From Bacteroidales bacterium (GTDB taxonomy: Bacteria; Bacteroidota; Bacteroidia; Bacteroidales; JAAYUG01): a DNA stretch of 64,000 nucleotides. The notes under the pieces were generated by a model. That model ran no database searches. It saw only the letters and a program-made list of their open reading frames with translations, and was not told the origin of the DNA. Each line of letters begins with the position of its first letter. Positions within the stretch are counted from its first letter, which is position 1. The stretch spans positions 45,307 through 109,306 of the forward strand of contig JAXLTS010000011.1 of assembly GCA_046329925.1 (NCBI GenBank). The letters are read 5' to 3'. A program made the translations under genes and the position numbers. This document shows positions 49,145 through 59,017 of the stretch, in pieces.

Positions 49145-51250
49145 CTATTTAACCCCGCTCAGCTCATTTACAAGTCGCTTGGCTTTGTAAACATGCTTCA
49201 TGGCAGCGATCATGGCAGCCGAATTCACACCTACAGCCCTGTTTTTGATATCTTCATAAATAAATCCGCCAGAGAGGCTTTCGATATTTCCGTCGAACAC
49301 CAGACCAATAACCTCACGATTTTTGTTGATCATTGCACTTCCGGAGTTTCCACCTATAATATCGTTTGTTGATACGAAGTCCATTCCCACTTTCAGCATT
49401 TCGGGAGGCAGGTTTTTCCACCGCTCAGGTAACTGGAAGGGGTATTTTCCATCGAATGAATAGTACCTGTCAAGCAATCCATAGAACGTAGTTTTATAGG
49501 GAGCAATGGTACCGTTGTACTCATAGCCTTTTACCAAACCATCATTGATACGAAGTGTAAAGGTGGCATCCGGGGGTATCTTGGTTCCGTACAGGTCGAA
49601 CACCATGGTACCCAGTTGGGAACGGCTGGTGGCAAGTTTATCCTGCACTACTGAATATTTTGCACTGATTTCGAGATACCTGGGAACTGCCAGCCGGGCA
49701 ATCGCGATCATGGGATCATTCGTACCTGCATAAACAGTGGAATCCGCAAGAAGTTGTTCCCTGAAGGCTGCATCGTTCAACTTTGTGTTTTTAAGTAAAT
49801 ATGCAGCTGCATCTGCCGGGTTTCTGTCGCCCAGTGCAGCAACAACCACCGGATCGTTTTTCCCAAGCCGGGCCTGCAGGGTTTGCAGGTACAAGGCCAG
49901 AACTTTTTCTTCAGCTTCCGGTATCTGGGGAGGAGTAAAGGTGGCCAGACGACCTTTCATCATCGCGGCACGCCGCTGATCCCTGGCTTTCAAACTCTGA
50001 TAATTGGCTATACCCAGTGCATAACCGTAATACGCACCGCTCAGGATTCCATTGGGGTTCAGGATAAAAATCTCATTGAAATTAGCACGGAGAATTTTAT
50101 TTCCTTCCTCGATCTCCTCCCAAACCTTCATCCGGTTGGACATCTCAGGGCGGGCTGAAGCGTCTTTTTTGAATTTTTTCTCAAAAGCAGCTTTGCGGGC
50201 CATCAGGTAAGGATCCTGAAGACCAACGAGGTCTCCATTGATTGATTTCCAGCTGTTTTCCAGACCAAAAACCAGGTTGGTAAGGCTATCGCGTTTCAGT
50301 TTGGCATTTACCTCATGAAGGATATTGGCGACACCGCGCAGGAGGGCAAGCTGGGCCGGGTCGGTCATATCGCGACGGAACTCCAGGTCTGACATGGTAA
50401 ATAACCGACGGGTGCTGCCGGGGTTCCCAACCACGAAAATCGGTTCGTTCTCAGTTACACCGGTAAGATTGAATTTAAAATAATTAGCGGTCTTAAGCGG
50501 TTTCCCATCTTCTCCATAAACACGGAAGAAGCTGCAATCCAGATCATAACGCGGATAAGTGAAATTATCATAATCTCCGCCATAGAAACCCAGTTGCAGT
50601 TCAGGGGCAAACACCAGGCGAACATCAGTATATCGTTTATACCCGTAAAGTGAATACTTCCCGCCGTTATAGAAGGTGACAGGTTGTAATTCCAGGCCCT
50701 TCCATTCTTCTTTCTGGGCATATTCGGCACGTATGGCTTCAAATTCCTTGCTACGGAGGGCCATTTTGCCCGAAGGTGTGGAATCTTTGGAAATGGCATT
50801 CTGCACGCGGGCGGTGATATCTTCAATCTTAACGAGCTGATCTACATACAGTTTATCGACTTTACGTTCATCTGTCAGTTTCTCAGCATAAAACCCGTTG
50901 TCGAGAAAATTCTCCCCTTCTTTCTGCACCTGAACAACAGATCCACGGCCACAATGGTGATTGGTCATCACCAGCCCGTCGCCCGATACGAAGGAAGCTG
51001 TACAGCCCCCGCCAAACCGCAGGGCAGACATGCGGACTCCATCAAACCACTGATCATCAGCATTAAAATTGTAGGTCTTCGAGAAATACTCCTTAGGAGC
51101 AAAATCAAAGGTCCACATCTTACCCATATCAAAGGTGCCGGCCTGCACCGTATCCGGGTCAAAGGTCCCCTGTCCGGCCAACGGCATCGTGAATCCGGCA
51201 GAAACCATCAGGAGAGCGGCAAAGGCTACTCCGGTAAAGAATTTCTTCAT
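49145..51250 (-). CDS. S46-family dipeptidyl peptidase (DPP7/DPP11-like)
   Basis: Signal peptide; N-terminal block MWTFDFAPKEYF...RFGGGCTASFVSGDGLVMTNHHCG is characteristic of the S46 His region; C-terminal GGNSGS catalytic Ser; 701 aa. Confidence 0.85.
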   Translation of the reverse strand: MKKFFTGVAFAALLMVSAGFTMPLAGQGTFDPDTVQAGTFDMGKMWTFDFAPKEYFSKTYNFNADDQWFDGVRMSALRFGGGCTASFVSGDGLVMTNHHCGRGSVVQVQKEGENFLDNGFYAEKLTDERKVDKLYVDQLVKIEDITARVQNAISKDSTPSGKMALRSKEFEAIRAEYAQKEEWKGLELQPVTFYNGGKYSLYGYKRYTDVRLVFAPELQLGFYGGDYDNFTYPRYDLDCSFFRVYGEDGKPLKTANYFKFNLTGVTENEPIFVVGNPGSTRRLFTMSDLEFRRDMTDPAQLALLRGVANILHEVNAKLKRDSLTNLVFGLENSWKSINGDLVGLQDPYLMARKAAFEKKFKKDASARPEMSNRMKVWEEIEEGNKILRANFNEIFILNPNGILSGAYYGYALGIANYQSLKARDQRRAAMMKGRLATFTPPQIPEAEEKVLALYLQTLQARLGKNDPVVVAALGDRNPADAAAYLLKNTKLNDAAFREQLLADSTVYAGTNDPMIAIARLAVPRYLEISAKYSVVQDKLATSRSQLGTMVFDLYGTKIPPDATFTLRINDGLVKGYEYNGTIAPYKTTFYGLLDRYYSFDGKYPFQLPERWKNLPPEMLKVGMDFVSTNDIIGGNSGSAMINKNREVIGLVFDGNIESLSGGFIYEDIKNRAVGVNSAAMIAAMKHVYKAKRLVNELSGVK

Positions 51251-51364
51251 TTGCGTTTGTGTTTGAGGTTTGCTTTTGGGTCAGCGCGTAAATGTAATCA
51301 AGTCCATATACTTGAAATATGATCTTTAACAGGAAAATGAGCCGAATGTTCAGTGGGTAGGAAA

Positions 51365-51450
51365 GTGGAAGTGGCAGGGGCAGGGGCAGGGGCAGTGGCA
51401 GTGGCAGGAGCAGGGGAAGGGGCAGTGGCAGGAGCAGGGGAAGGGGCGGC
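51365..51450. repeat. GC-rich hexanucleotide microsatellite (GNGGCA/GGGGAA)n, roughly 14 units
   Basis: gtggaagtggcaggggcaggggcaggggcagtggcagtggcaggagcaggggaaggggcagtggcaggagcaggggaagggg, read directly; stop codons in all frames nearby, so non-coding. Confidence 0.85.
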
Positions 51451-51462
51451 CTGGTCTCACTA

Positions 51463-52680
51463 TCAGTAATAAAACTCCCCGTTTTCGGACATAATGGTTA
51501 GTTTCTTCCCGCTGAATGGTTCGCAGTGTCCAACAATCCTTGCATCCAGATTAAAAGAGGAGGCAACGGCAATTATTTCCCGGGCTACCGGGGAGGGGCA
51601 GTAAATCTCAAAGCGATGGCCCATATTGAATACCTTGTACATCTCGGGCCAGGAGGTACCTGATTGTTCCTGGATGATGCGGAAAAGGGGTGGAACCGGG
51701 AAAAGATTATCCTTGATAATGTGGAGGTTATCCACAAAATGAAGCACTTTGGTCTGTGCTCCCCCCGAGCAGTGCACCATTCCGTGTATATGACTGCGCA
51801 TTTCTTTCAACAGGCGTAAAACTACCGGAACGTAGGTACGTGTGGGGGACAACACCAGCTTGCCGGCATCGATTCCCAAATCGGCAATCTGGTCTGTCAA
51901 TTTGTATTTCCCGCTGTAAACAAGTCCCGGGGGAATTTCCGGATCGTAACTTTCGGGGTACTTTTTAGCCAGGTAATTGGCAAAAACATCATGACGGGCA
52001 GAGGTAAGGCCGTTGCTGCCCATACCCCCGTTGTAAGAACTCTCGTAGCTTGTTTTTCCGCTGGACGAGAAACCCACAATTACATCATCCGCCTGTATGC
52101 GGTCGTTGCTGATTACCTCTTTACGGAGAAGCCGGGCCACCACCGTGGAATCCACGATAAGCGTACGTACCAGGTCGCCCACATCGGCAGTCTCACCTCC
52201 CGTGGAATAGATTTCCATTCCAAAACTCCTCAGTTGTTCCAGTATTTCTTCCGTTCCCTGTATCAGGGCAGTGATTACCTCTCCGGGGACTTTATTTTTG
52301 TTGCGGCCGATGGTACTTGAAAGCAGGACAGGACCCGTTGCCCCTGCACAGATAATGTCATCGGTGTTCATCACGATGGCATCCTGGGCTATCCCCTTCC
52401 ACACCTGCATATCACCTGTTTCCTTCCAGTAAAGCCAGGCCAGTGCGGATTTGGTACCGGCCCCGTCGGCATGCATGATGGTGCAATACTCCGGGTCGGC
52501 TCCAAGGATGTCGGGTACCACCTTGCAGAAGGCTTTTGGAAACAGTCCCTTATCAATATTTGTCAAAGCTGCGTGCACATCCTCCTTCGAAGATGAGACC
52601 CCCCTTTGGGTATACCGGTTTGTATCTGCCATGTTAACGGGATAAAGTGCAAAAGTACAAAATGCCGGTGCATCCAGCAA
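51463..52680 (-). CDS. AIR-synthase-related (PurM-like) protein
   Basis: PurM-fold motifs (DGAGTKSALAW, VNTDDIICAGATGP, GGETADVGDL...); 405 aa as given; the true start may be the internal Met (MADTN...). Confidence 0.6.
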   Translation of the reverse strand: MLDAPAFCTFALYPVNMADTNRYTQRGVSSSKEDVHAALTNIDKGLFPKAFCKVVPDILGADPEYCTIMHADGAGTKSALAWLYWKETGDMQVWKGIAQDAIVMNTDDIICAGATGPVLLSSTIGRNKNKVPGEVITALIQGTEEILEQLRSFGMEIYSTGGETADVGDLVRTLIVDSTVVARLLRKEVISNDRIQADDVIVGFSSSGKTSYESSYNGGMGSNGLTSARHDVFANYLAKKYPESYDPEIPPGLVYSGKYKLTDQIADLGIDAGKLVLSPTRTYVPVVLRLLKEMRSHIHGMVHCSGGAQTKVLHFVDNLHIIKDNLFPVPPLFRIIQEQSGTSWPEMYKVFNMGHRFEIYCPSPVAREIIAVASSFNLDARIVGHCEPFSGKKLTIMSENGEFYY

Positions 52681-52912
52681 CCGGGCTGCATAATATCTTC
52701 AGCAACAGCGTAAAGGTACTGGCAGCCGGCCAGCACGATGGGATTATTCATGTAAACATCATTTGGCTAACAAATAGCCATGATTATCCAATTAACCCGA
52801 TATCCTGGATTGCAAAAGTATCCGTTTATCCCCAAACCCTTGCTATTGGCTGAAAAATTAAAACCCTGAAGCGGAAATAACGTATATATTAGCAAACCCT
52901 AACCTACCCCAT

Positions 52913-53086
52913 ATGAAAACCAAGGCAAAGCAGGCTGAAGTATTAAGCCTTGCCGGAGAAAAAGTGCAGGTGATCAACGATTGTAAAAACATGGACCTGT
53001 CGAAACTTTGCAGGGACATTTATATCATCCGCTATATCGACAAGAGCGGGAATGTGATCGGACAGGAGAAGATTGTGAAAGAATAG
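52913..53086 (+). CDS. Candidate small protein (57 aa), unknown function
   Basis: ATG..TAG ORF MKTKAKQAEVLSLAGEKVQVINDCKNMDLSKLCRDIYIIRYIDKSGNVIGQEKIVKE, immediately followed by a strong terminator; not in the supplied ORF track (below 60 aa). Confidence 0.25.
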   Translation: MKTKAKQAEVLSLAGEKVQVINDCKNMDLSKLCRDIYIIRYIDKSGNVIGQEKIVKE

Positions 53087-53091
53087 AATAT

Positions 53092-53153
53092 AAAAAACAG
53101 AAATCAGACTTCCCAAATCCAAAGGATTTGGGAAGTCTGATTTCTGTTTTTTA
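53092..53153. terminator. Strong bidirectional rho-independent terminator
   Basis: aaaaaa-cagaaatcagacttcccaaatcc aaa ggatttgggaagtctgatttctg-ttttttaa: 23-bp perfect stem. Confidence 0.75.
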
Positions 53154-53154
53154 A

Positions 53155-56100
53155 TTAAATCTGCACTCCCATAAACAATACATCATCCACCTGGTTGTAA
53201 TCCATTTTCCAGAGGTTGAAGTTACTCATGACGAAATTGCGTTGTTCGGTCATGGGCATCTGGTGAATATGGGTGAGCAGGTTGCGCAGGCGAACCATCT
53301 TGTACTTGCGGCCCATGGGACCTCCGAACTGGTCGGTGTATCCGTCGGAGAACATGTAAAGAATGTCGCCCTTGGTAAGCTGGAAGCCTTTTTCCTCAAA
53401 GATTTTCTCTTCTTTTGATTCGATGTTTCCACCGATGGAACTGCGGCTGCCCTGTACATAGATCTGTTCTCCGTTCTGGTAGAGGATATAGGGGCGCATG
53501 GCAGAAGCGATACGGACATAATAGGTTTCAAGATTCACCTCACAGATGAGGATGTCCATTCCGTCGTTCGACTGCTCCCCTTCGAGGTTCTGGTTGAGCC
53601 GGGCACCAATTTCACGGTCGAGCACGGCAAGCATCTCCGATGGGGATTCCAGTTCGGAACGATAACAGATATCTTTCACCAGGGTGGTACCCATCATGGA
53701 CATGAATGCTCCCGGAACACCGTGACCGGTGGAGTCGGCGCAAACAATGATAAAGCGATCGCGACCCACCTTGTCGAACCAGTAAAAGTCACCGCTCACT
53801 GTTGCTTTAGGCTGATAATAGATGAATGACCCGGAGAAAATACCCTGCAATTTGCTGGCCGAAGGAAGGACACTCTCCTGAATACGTTTTGCATATTCAA
53901 TGCTGTCCATGATGTCACGGTTCTGCAATTCGATCACCTCTTTCTGCTCGACCACCTGTTTTGTACGCCGTTCAACCTCTTCCTCCAGTCTCTTCTTTTC
54001 CTCAATGAGTCGTCGTTCGCGGTATTTAATGAATGCCCAGATTAATGCTGCGATTGCGAGCACAAAAAGCAAATCCACCCACCATATTTTCCAGAATGGA
54101 GGGCTTACATGCAACTTAAGCATCACTGTTTCGCTGGTGCACTGGCCGTCTTCGTTGCAGGCTTTCAGCATGAAGGTGAAGTCGCCATCGGGCAGAACCG
54201 GTAACGAGAAAACTCCTTCGCTGCTTGGTTCGCTCCACTGATCATATCCCTTGAGTCCTTCGAACTTATACTGATAGGTAACCCGATCGGGTGAACGATA
54301 GTTGAGTCCCTTGAATTCAATTCTTAGTTTATAATCTCCATAGCGCAACCGGATGGTTTCGTTTGGCTCATGCAGTTCGTCGTTGATACGCACCGAAACC
54401 AGGTTGAGGGCAGGAGGCACGCCGGTGTTCTGATCAAGCCGGGCATCATATACGATCAGTCCGTCGGTGGTCCCCACCATCAGGGCTCCCTCGGCAGTTA
54501 CAGCCATTGCATTCGGGTTGCAGTCGGCGCTGATACCTGAACTACGTTCGAAGACAGCCACAGTAAAGCCCGTGGAACTGATACGGCTCAACGCGAGCCT
54601 GTGACCGGCCCACACCATTCCGAACTTATCGCACTGGATGCTATATACATAATTGGAGGCCAGTCCGTTCCTGGTGGTAAACTGGATAACCGTATCGGCC
54701 ATGAAACAGAGTACACCGCTTCCATTGGTGGCAGCCCAGAAATTACCCTGTGGGTCCTCGGTGATGGCATTGAATTCGATTTCTCCCCTTATCCCCGCTT
54801 CGAGGGTACGGTTGGAATTAATATCATAGAGACCGCTGGTCTTGGTGGCGATCATCACGCGTCCTTTATGCGATACAAATACCTGGTGGATGATGTTATG
54901 AGGCAGAAGATCCGACATGGTACGTGATCCCAGTTCCCTTCCCTGCATATCAAGAAAAACCAGGCCTTCCGTAGTGGCAACAAATATAGTGTCTGTATGA
55001 AAAAGAATATGATTGATATTGTTTTTCAGGGAATTGGCTGATGAATAAACACGTGAAAAAGAACCGCCACCTTTTGCCAGCCGGAATACCCCGGAAAGTC
55101 GGGTACCGGCCCAGGTATTTCCCTGTGAATCGGTGGCCAAACAGGTTATTTCATCGAGCAAGGGGATGGATCCTAACCTAAAAGTTTTCTGGACAGCTGT
55201 TTTCCCAAAATTTACCTGCAGGATCGTCTGTTTCCCGGCCACCCACCAGGAAGAACCTTCAGCTGCAACCGCCTTTACATCTTTTCCGATTTCTTTTTCC
55301 CATACATAGAACTGAAGTGCTGAACCGGTAAGTGCATCCAGGCCGTTTCCATATGATCCAATCCACAAAATTCCTTCGCGGTCCTGAAAAATACTTCGTG
55401 AATAATTGTTAGCCAGGCCATTCTTTTCTACAAACTGATTCTTCTGTACCCACTTTTCTTCCTTTTCTGACCAAAGCAATTCATATACTCCTTCACCCTG
55501 GGTAGTTATCCAGAGATTCTTGCCGGCATCCTGAAGAATGGAAGTGACACCAGTATATTCCAAACCCCAGGAAGCACCAAAATCGGATATGGTATATGCT
55601 CCAGGGTTGTCACCTCTACCCTGTAATTGGACAATCCCCATGTCTTCAGTCCCTACCAGAAATTTATTTTCCAGTTTGAAAGAGGTAATGGAAGTAACGC
55701 GTGTCATGGGGAAAGCATCCATTTTAACCGGGCTTCCCGGGATACCATCAGTTCCGACAGAACAGATATATAATCCGCTTCCTGTTCCGACCAGCAACTC
55801 ACCGGAGGGTCCCATGGCAAGGGAGTAAAGTAATTCCCCGGGAAAAAGACTATCGAGCAGAACAATATCCCGTTTTAGTGTGATAACAAGTATTCCATTA
55901 TTCTGCGAAGCGGCATAAATGATCCCCTCATCGTTCCCTGTAATGCTGTTGAGGGTACTGTTAACCTGCTCCGGCAACTGGTAATGCATTACGTTCATCC
56001 CATCCCAGGATGTAACAGAACCATCGTTATGACCAAACCAGAGAGTCCCGTCTTTATCCCGGTAACTGGTGGCAACATAGGATGAAGATATGCTGTCACC

Positions 56101-56325
56101 AAGGAAAGGCTGACTGAAACTGATACCATCAAACCGGCACAGACCTATCCCAGTACCAATCCATAAATACCCATTCTTATCCTGATTGATGGTATAAACA
56201 AATGAATGGCAGATTCCTTCATCTACTCCGAAATGACGGAATTTCAGTGATTGGGACAACAGGGCTACCGGTAAAATTAAAAGTATAATCAGTGCCCGGT
56301 TTCTGGTAGAAATATTTGCCATCAT
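53155..56325 (-). CDS. Membrane sensor phosphatase: periplasmic two-component-regulator propeller repeats + Y_Y_Y domain, TM helix, coiled coil, SpoIIE/PP2C phosphatase
   Basis: Signal peptide; repeated ...GYLWIGTGIGL..., ...GTLWFGH... propeller blades; Y_Y_Y-like YQYKFEG...; TM IWWVDLLFVLAIAALIWAFI; PP2C-like VSGDFYWFD...FIIVCADSTGHGVPGAFMSM...DGYTDQFG. Confidence 0.8.
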   Translation of the reverse strand: MMANISTRNRALIILLILPVALLSQSLKFRHFGVDEGICHSFVYTINQDKNGYLWIGTGIGLCRFDGISFSQPFLGDSISSSYVATSYRDKDGTLWFGHNDGSVTSWDGMNVMHYQLPEQVNSTLNSITGNDEGIIYAASQNNGILVITLKRDIVLLDSLFPGELLYSLAMGPSGELLVGTGSGLYICSVGTDGIPGSPVKMDAFPMTRVTSITSFKLENKFLVGTEDMGIVQLQGRGDNPGAYTISDFGASWGLEYTGVTSILQDAGKNLWITTQGEGVYELLWSEKEEKWVQKNQFVEKNGLANNYSRSIFQDREGILWIGSYGNGLDALTGSALQFYVWEKEIGKDVKAVAAEGSSWWVAGKQTILQVNFGKTAVQKTFRLGSIPLLDEITCLATDSQGNTWAGTRLSGVFRLAKGGGSFSRVYSSANSLKNNINHILFHTDTIFVATTEGLVFLDMQGRELGSRTMSDLLPHNIIHQVFVSHKGRVMIATKTSGLYDINSNRTLEAGIRGEIEFNAITEDPQGNFWAATNGSGVLCFMADTVIQFTTRNGLASNYVYSIQCDKFGMVWAGHRLALSRISSTGFTVAVFERSSGISADCNPNAMAVTAEGALMVGTTDGLIVYDARLDQNTGVPPALNLVSVRINDELHEPNETIRLRYGDYKLRIEFKGLNYRSPDRVTYQYKFEGLKGYDQWSEPSSEGVFSLPVLPDGDFTFMLKACNEDGQCTSETVMLKLHVSPPFWKIWWVDLLFVLAIAALIWAFIKYRERRLIEEKKRLEEEVERRTKQVVEQKEVIELQNRDIMDSIEYAKRIQESVLPSASKLQGIFSGSFIYYQPKATVSGDFYWFDKVGRDRFIIVCADSTGHGVPGAFMSMMGTTLVKDICYRSELESPSEMLAVLDREIGARLNQNLEGEQSNDGMDILICEVNLETYYVRIASAMRPYILYQNGEQIYVQGSRSSIGGNIESKEEKIFEEKGFQLTKGDILYMFSDGYTDQFGGPMGRKYKMVRLRNLLTHIHQMPMTEQRNFVMSNFNLWKMDYNQVDDVLFMGVQI

Positions 56326-56348
56326 TTTAAGGTACTTGGATTTGTATC

Positions 56349-57335
56349 CTACTTTTTAGGTGGGGTAATCGTTGTCGTCTTAATTCCTTTCTCCGGATTG
56401 GGAACTCCGCCGATCGGGGATGCATAAAACTGCAGTAGTTCACCATACTGGTTCTGAATATAGATCACTACGTTGTTATTCCTGATTGCCGGAGAAGGTC
56501 TTTTAATAATACGGATGTCGAGTGAAGAATTCTCCTCACCTTTTTCAATTTTGAATTCACTTGAAATTGTATTATCCTCACCGGAAACTGTAAATTTCTG
56601 ACTTACCCTTTTCTTGGAAACCATAACAATATTGCCGTCAAAGTCCCAGTCGAAATTGGTTTGTTTCACAGCCGTGGTGCGATCGTCCACATAGGGATAC
56701 ACATGTGACATCTGTTTGGGATCGTCCCACATACGGAAGGAATAGGAATATGCAAAAGCATTTGCACCTTCAATGGGTTTGTTTGTATTGGCATCGGTAG
56801 ACAGGTAATACCGGTACATATTTCCGTCATTTCCTGATACACCTTCAGTAATGACCTTGAATACACGTGCATCTGCAAACTGTGCAACCTTTTCACCCTC
56901 GGTGGGATTAAACGGCCCAAATGTATACCAGTTATTATCATAGCGGGGAGTTACGCCAAAAGCCTTGTTGGCCAGCATAGTCCCGCTTTTGTAATTCCCG
57001 GTGGGATGTATCTGTTTGGCATCGTCATTGGACCAGCATCCGGTTCCCCCATATATATTAAACTGGGTTTGTGTATCAAATACCCCGTTCAATTCATCGA
57101 TTGCCCCTCCACAGTCAGGATCAAAAACCCTGATAAAAAATGGCTGGGTATACTCCTTGGGGATCACAAAGAAAAATGTCTGGCTATAATCATCATCACC
57201 CCAGGACGTTTCTGCTTCCTTTCCAAAAGTCATCAGATAAGGGATGTTTTCAACTTCACTGGGCACCGCCTGGCCAAAAACAAATTGACTGGCAGTAATC
57301 CAGATAAAACCGATAAGGAGTAGTATTTTCTTCAT
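56349..57335 (-). CDS. Hypothetical secreted protein
   Basis: Signal peptide starts at the internal Met (MKKILLLIGFIWITASQFVFGQA); the ORF-track start at 57434 is likely spurious. Confidence 0.5.
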   Translation of the reverse strand: MKKILLLIGFIWITASQFVFGQAVPSEVENIPYLMTFGKEAETSWGDDDYSQTFFFVIPKEYTQPFFIRVFDPDCGGAIDELNGVFDTQTQFNIYGGTGCWSNDDAKQIHPTGNYKSGTMLANKAFGVTPRYDNNWYTFGPFNPTEGEKVAQFADARVFKVITEGVSGNDGNMYRYYLSTDANTNKPIEGANAFAYSYSFRMWDDPKQMSHVYPYVDDRTTAVKQTNFDWDFDGNIVMVSKKRVSQKFTVSGEDNTISSEFKIEKGEENSSLDIRIIKRPSPAIRNNNVVIYIQNQYGELLQFYASPIGGVPNPEKGIKTTTITPPKK

Positions 57336-57526
57336 GCACAACATCATTCTGCAGTTTTCTCCATGGGTGAATGCAAATCCCATGCAAATTTTATCATTCT
57401 GTATTCCAATTGAATAGAAAAGATATTTCCTCAAAAGTACTAAAAAACAAACAACGGTGTACAGTGAATTGTTTAGTGTTAACAGGGTGTGCTCGACAGT
57501 TTATATCAAATGCTAAATTGTAAGTA

Positions 57527-59017
57527 TCACCGGACCACTACAATCTCCCTGTAGGACGCCAACCGGTCAGTATAGGAAGGATCCACAGGTACTCCTTTAA
57601 TTCCGAGCAGGATACGGTACTTCCCAGGGCTTTTGAAGCGGTATAAAACATCTTCACCGGAATCTACAACAGCATCTTTCTCTTTCACGTCATCTGTTTT
57701 TCTGAACTTCCAGTAAAAATTCCTGGTTAGCAGGTTTGGGGTATAAGAGGGAGCTCCTGAAAAACTAACCACCTCATTTACACGAATGGTGTCACTGCAA
57801 CTAAAATAGGGTTGTTCAATGGAATCAATACGGAGTGTATATGTAGTTTGATTTCCTGTTATTGTTTTGGTAAGTTTATCATAGATGTTCAGTTTAACCG
57901 AATACTCTCCCACACCCGGGAAACAGTGCACGGCGGTAAGGGCACGTACTTTTTCCATATCGTCAAACTCCCATTGCCACATGGTCAGATTTGTATCGAT
58001 CTGTATTCCTTCACTCTCCTCGAAGAGAAAGCAGAGGCTTAATTCTTCCACCGGTTTTTCCTCGGGGAATTCGGGGAAATTTACCCGGAATGCGAAAATG
58101 TCCGATTTCTTTCTTGTCTCCCTGTCGGAACAGAAATACCCGCTGTTAAAGCTGGCATCGGTAAGTATAAGATGAAAATCATCAAATCGTTGAGTGTTGA
58201 ATGGGGTCCCCAGCCTAACCGGGACAATCCAGTTACCATTGATAATTTCCGTATAAAAAATGTCAAGTTTTCTATTATTAACACCTGTCCTTGCGGAGTT
58301 ATTGGAAGAAAAATACAAACGGCCATCGGGGTTTACAACCGGGTAGGCTTCATCATTTTCAGTGTTGACGGGTGCTCCCATGTTTACCGGGGCCTGCCAC
58401 TGTCCTCCCTTACTGTCCGAATACCAGATATCATATCCTCCCAATCCGCCCTGTCGGTTGGAGCTGAAATAAATTCTGCGCCCATCCTGGGAAAGGGCCG
58501 GATGACTGGTATTGGAATTAGCTGACTTCTGGTCGGCCAGGGCTGCAATTTCGACGGGATCGGACCACCTGCCATTCTGTAAAACCGATTCAAAAATTCC
58601 GTACCCGGTTTCATTTGGCCTCCTGGCATTCTCGATCCTGCTCTTCCCCAGGTACATCCTGGTTCCCTGTTTATTAAAGCAGAGGCCATTCCGGTCGGAT
58701 GCGGTGGCAAGTTCAGGTGCATAATCATACTCCCTGCCCTCCAGTTTTCCGTCTTTTTTATCGACTGCATACAATATGTTCACCGCACGCTCCATCTCAC
58801 GCGAAGAATTCCTGCGGATACTTTTTTTACCTGTGTTATTCCGATCAACAAGGTATACGATACGATCCTTGAGTAAAGCCGGGGTGATCTCCGAGTAGGC
58901 TGCGCTCCTCCATCCGGGTGTGGATACCTGGTACAATGAAAGCGAGTCCTGTGCAGCTATCATAAATGATATGCCAGTAAGCAAAAAGACAGCAATATAA
59001 ATGAATCTGCGGCGCAT
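57527..59017 (-). CDS. PD40 (TolB-like beta-propeller repeat) protein with C-terminal PKD-like domain; T9SS-locus accessory
   Basis: Signal peptide; repeated ...RIYFSSNRQGGLGGYDIWYS..., ...GRLYFSSNN... PD40-type motifs; C-terminal PKD-like segment. Confidence 0.55.
   Translation of the reverse strand: MRRRFIYIAVFLLTGISFMIAAQDSLSLYQVSTPGWRSAAYSEITPALLKDRIVYLVDRNNTGKKSIRRNSSREMERAVNILYAVDKKDGKLEGREYDYAPELATASDRNGLCFNKQGTRMYLGKSRIENARRPNETGYGIFESVLQNGRWSDPVEIAALADQKSANSNTSHPALSQDGRRIYFSSNRQGGLGGYDIWYSDSKGGQWQAPVNMGAPVNTENDEAYPVVNPDGRLYFSSNNSARTGVNNRKLDIFYTEIINGNWIVPVRLGTPFNTQRFDDFHLILTDASFNSGYFCSDRETRKKSDIFAFRVNFPEFPEEKPVEELSLCFLFEESEGIQIDTNLTMWQWEFDDMEKVRALTAVHCFPGVGEYSVKLNIYDKLTKTITGNQTTYTLRIDSIEQPYFSCSDTIRVNEVVSFSGAPSYTPNLLTRNFYWKFRKTDDVKEKDAVVDSGEDVLYRFKSPGKYRILLGIKGVPVDPSYTDRLASYREIVVVR

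Noticed and set aside
51340-51460. Possible Gly/Ala-rich peptide encoded by the hexamer repeat
   Set aside because: All three plus frames hit stop codons immediately upstream (MFSG*) and no frame gives an ORF of more than about 40 codons. It is treated as a non-coding microsatellite.
56349-57434. Full 361-aa ORF as given for the hypothetical secreted protein
   Set aside because: The first 33 codons precede an obvious signal peptide (MKKILLLIGFIWITA...), so the internal Met at 57335 is more likely the true start.
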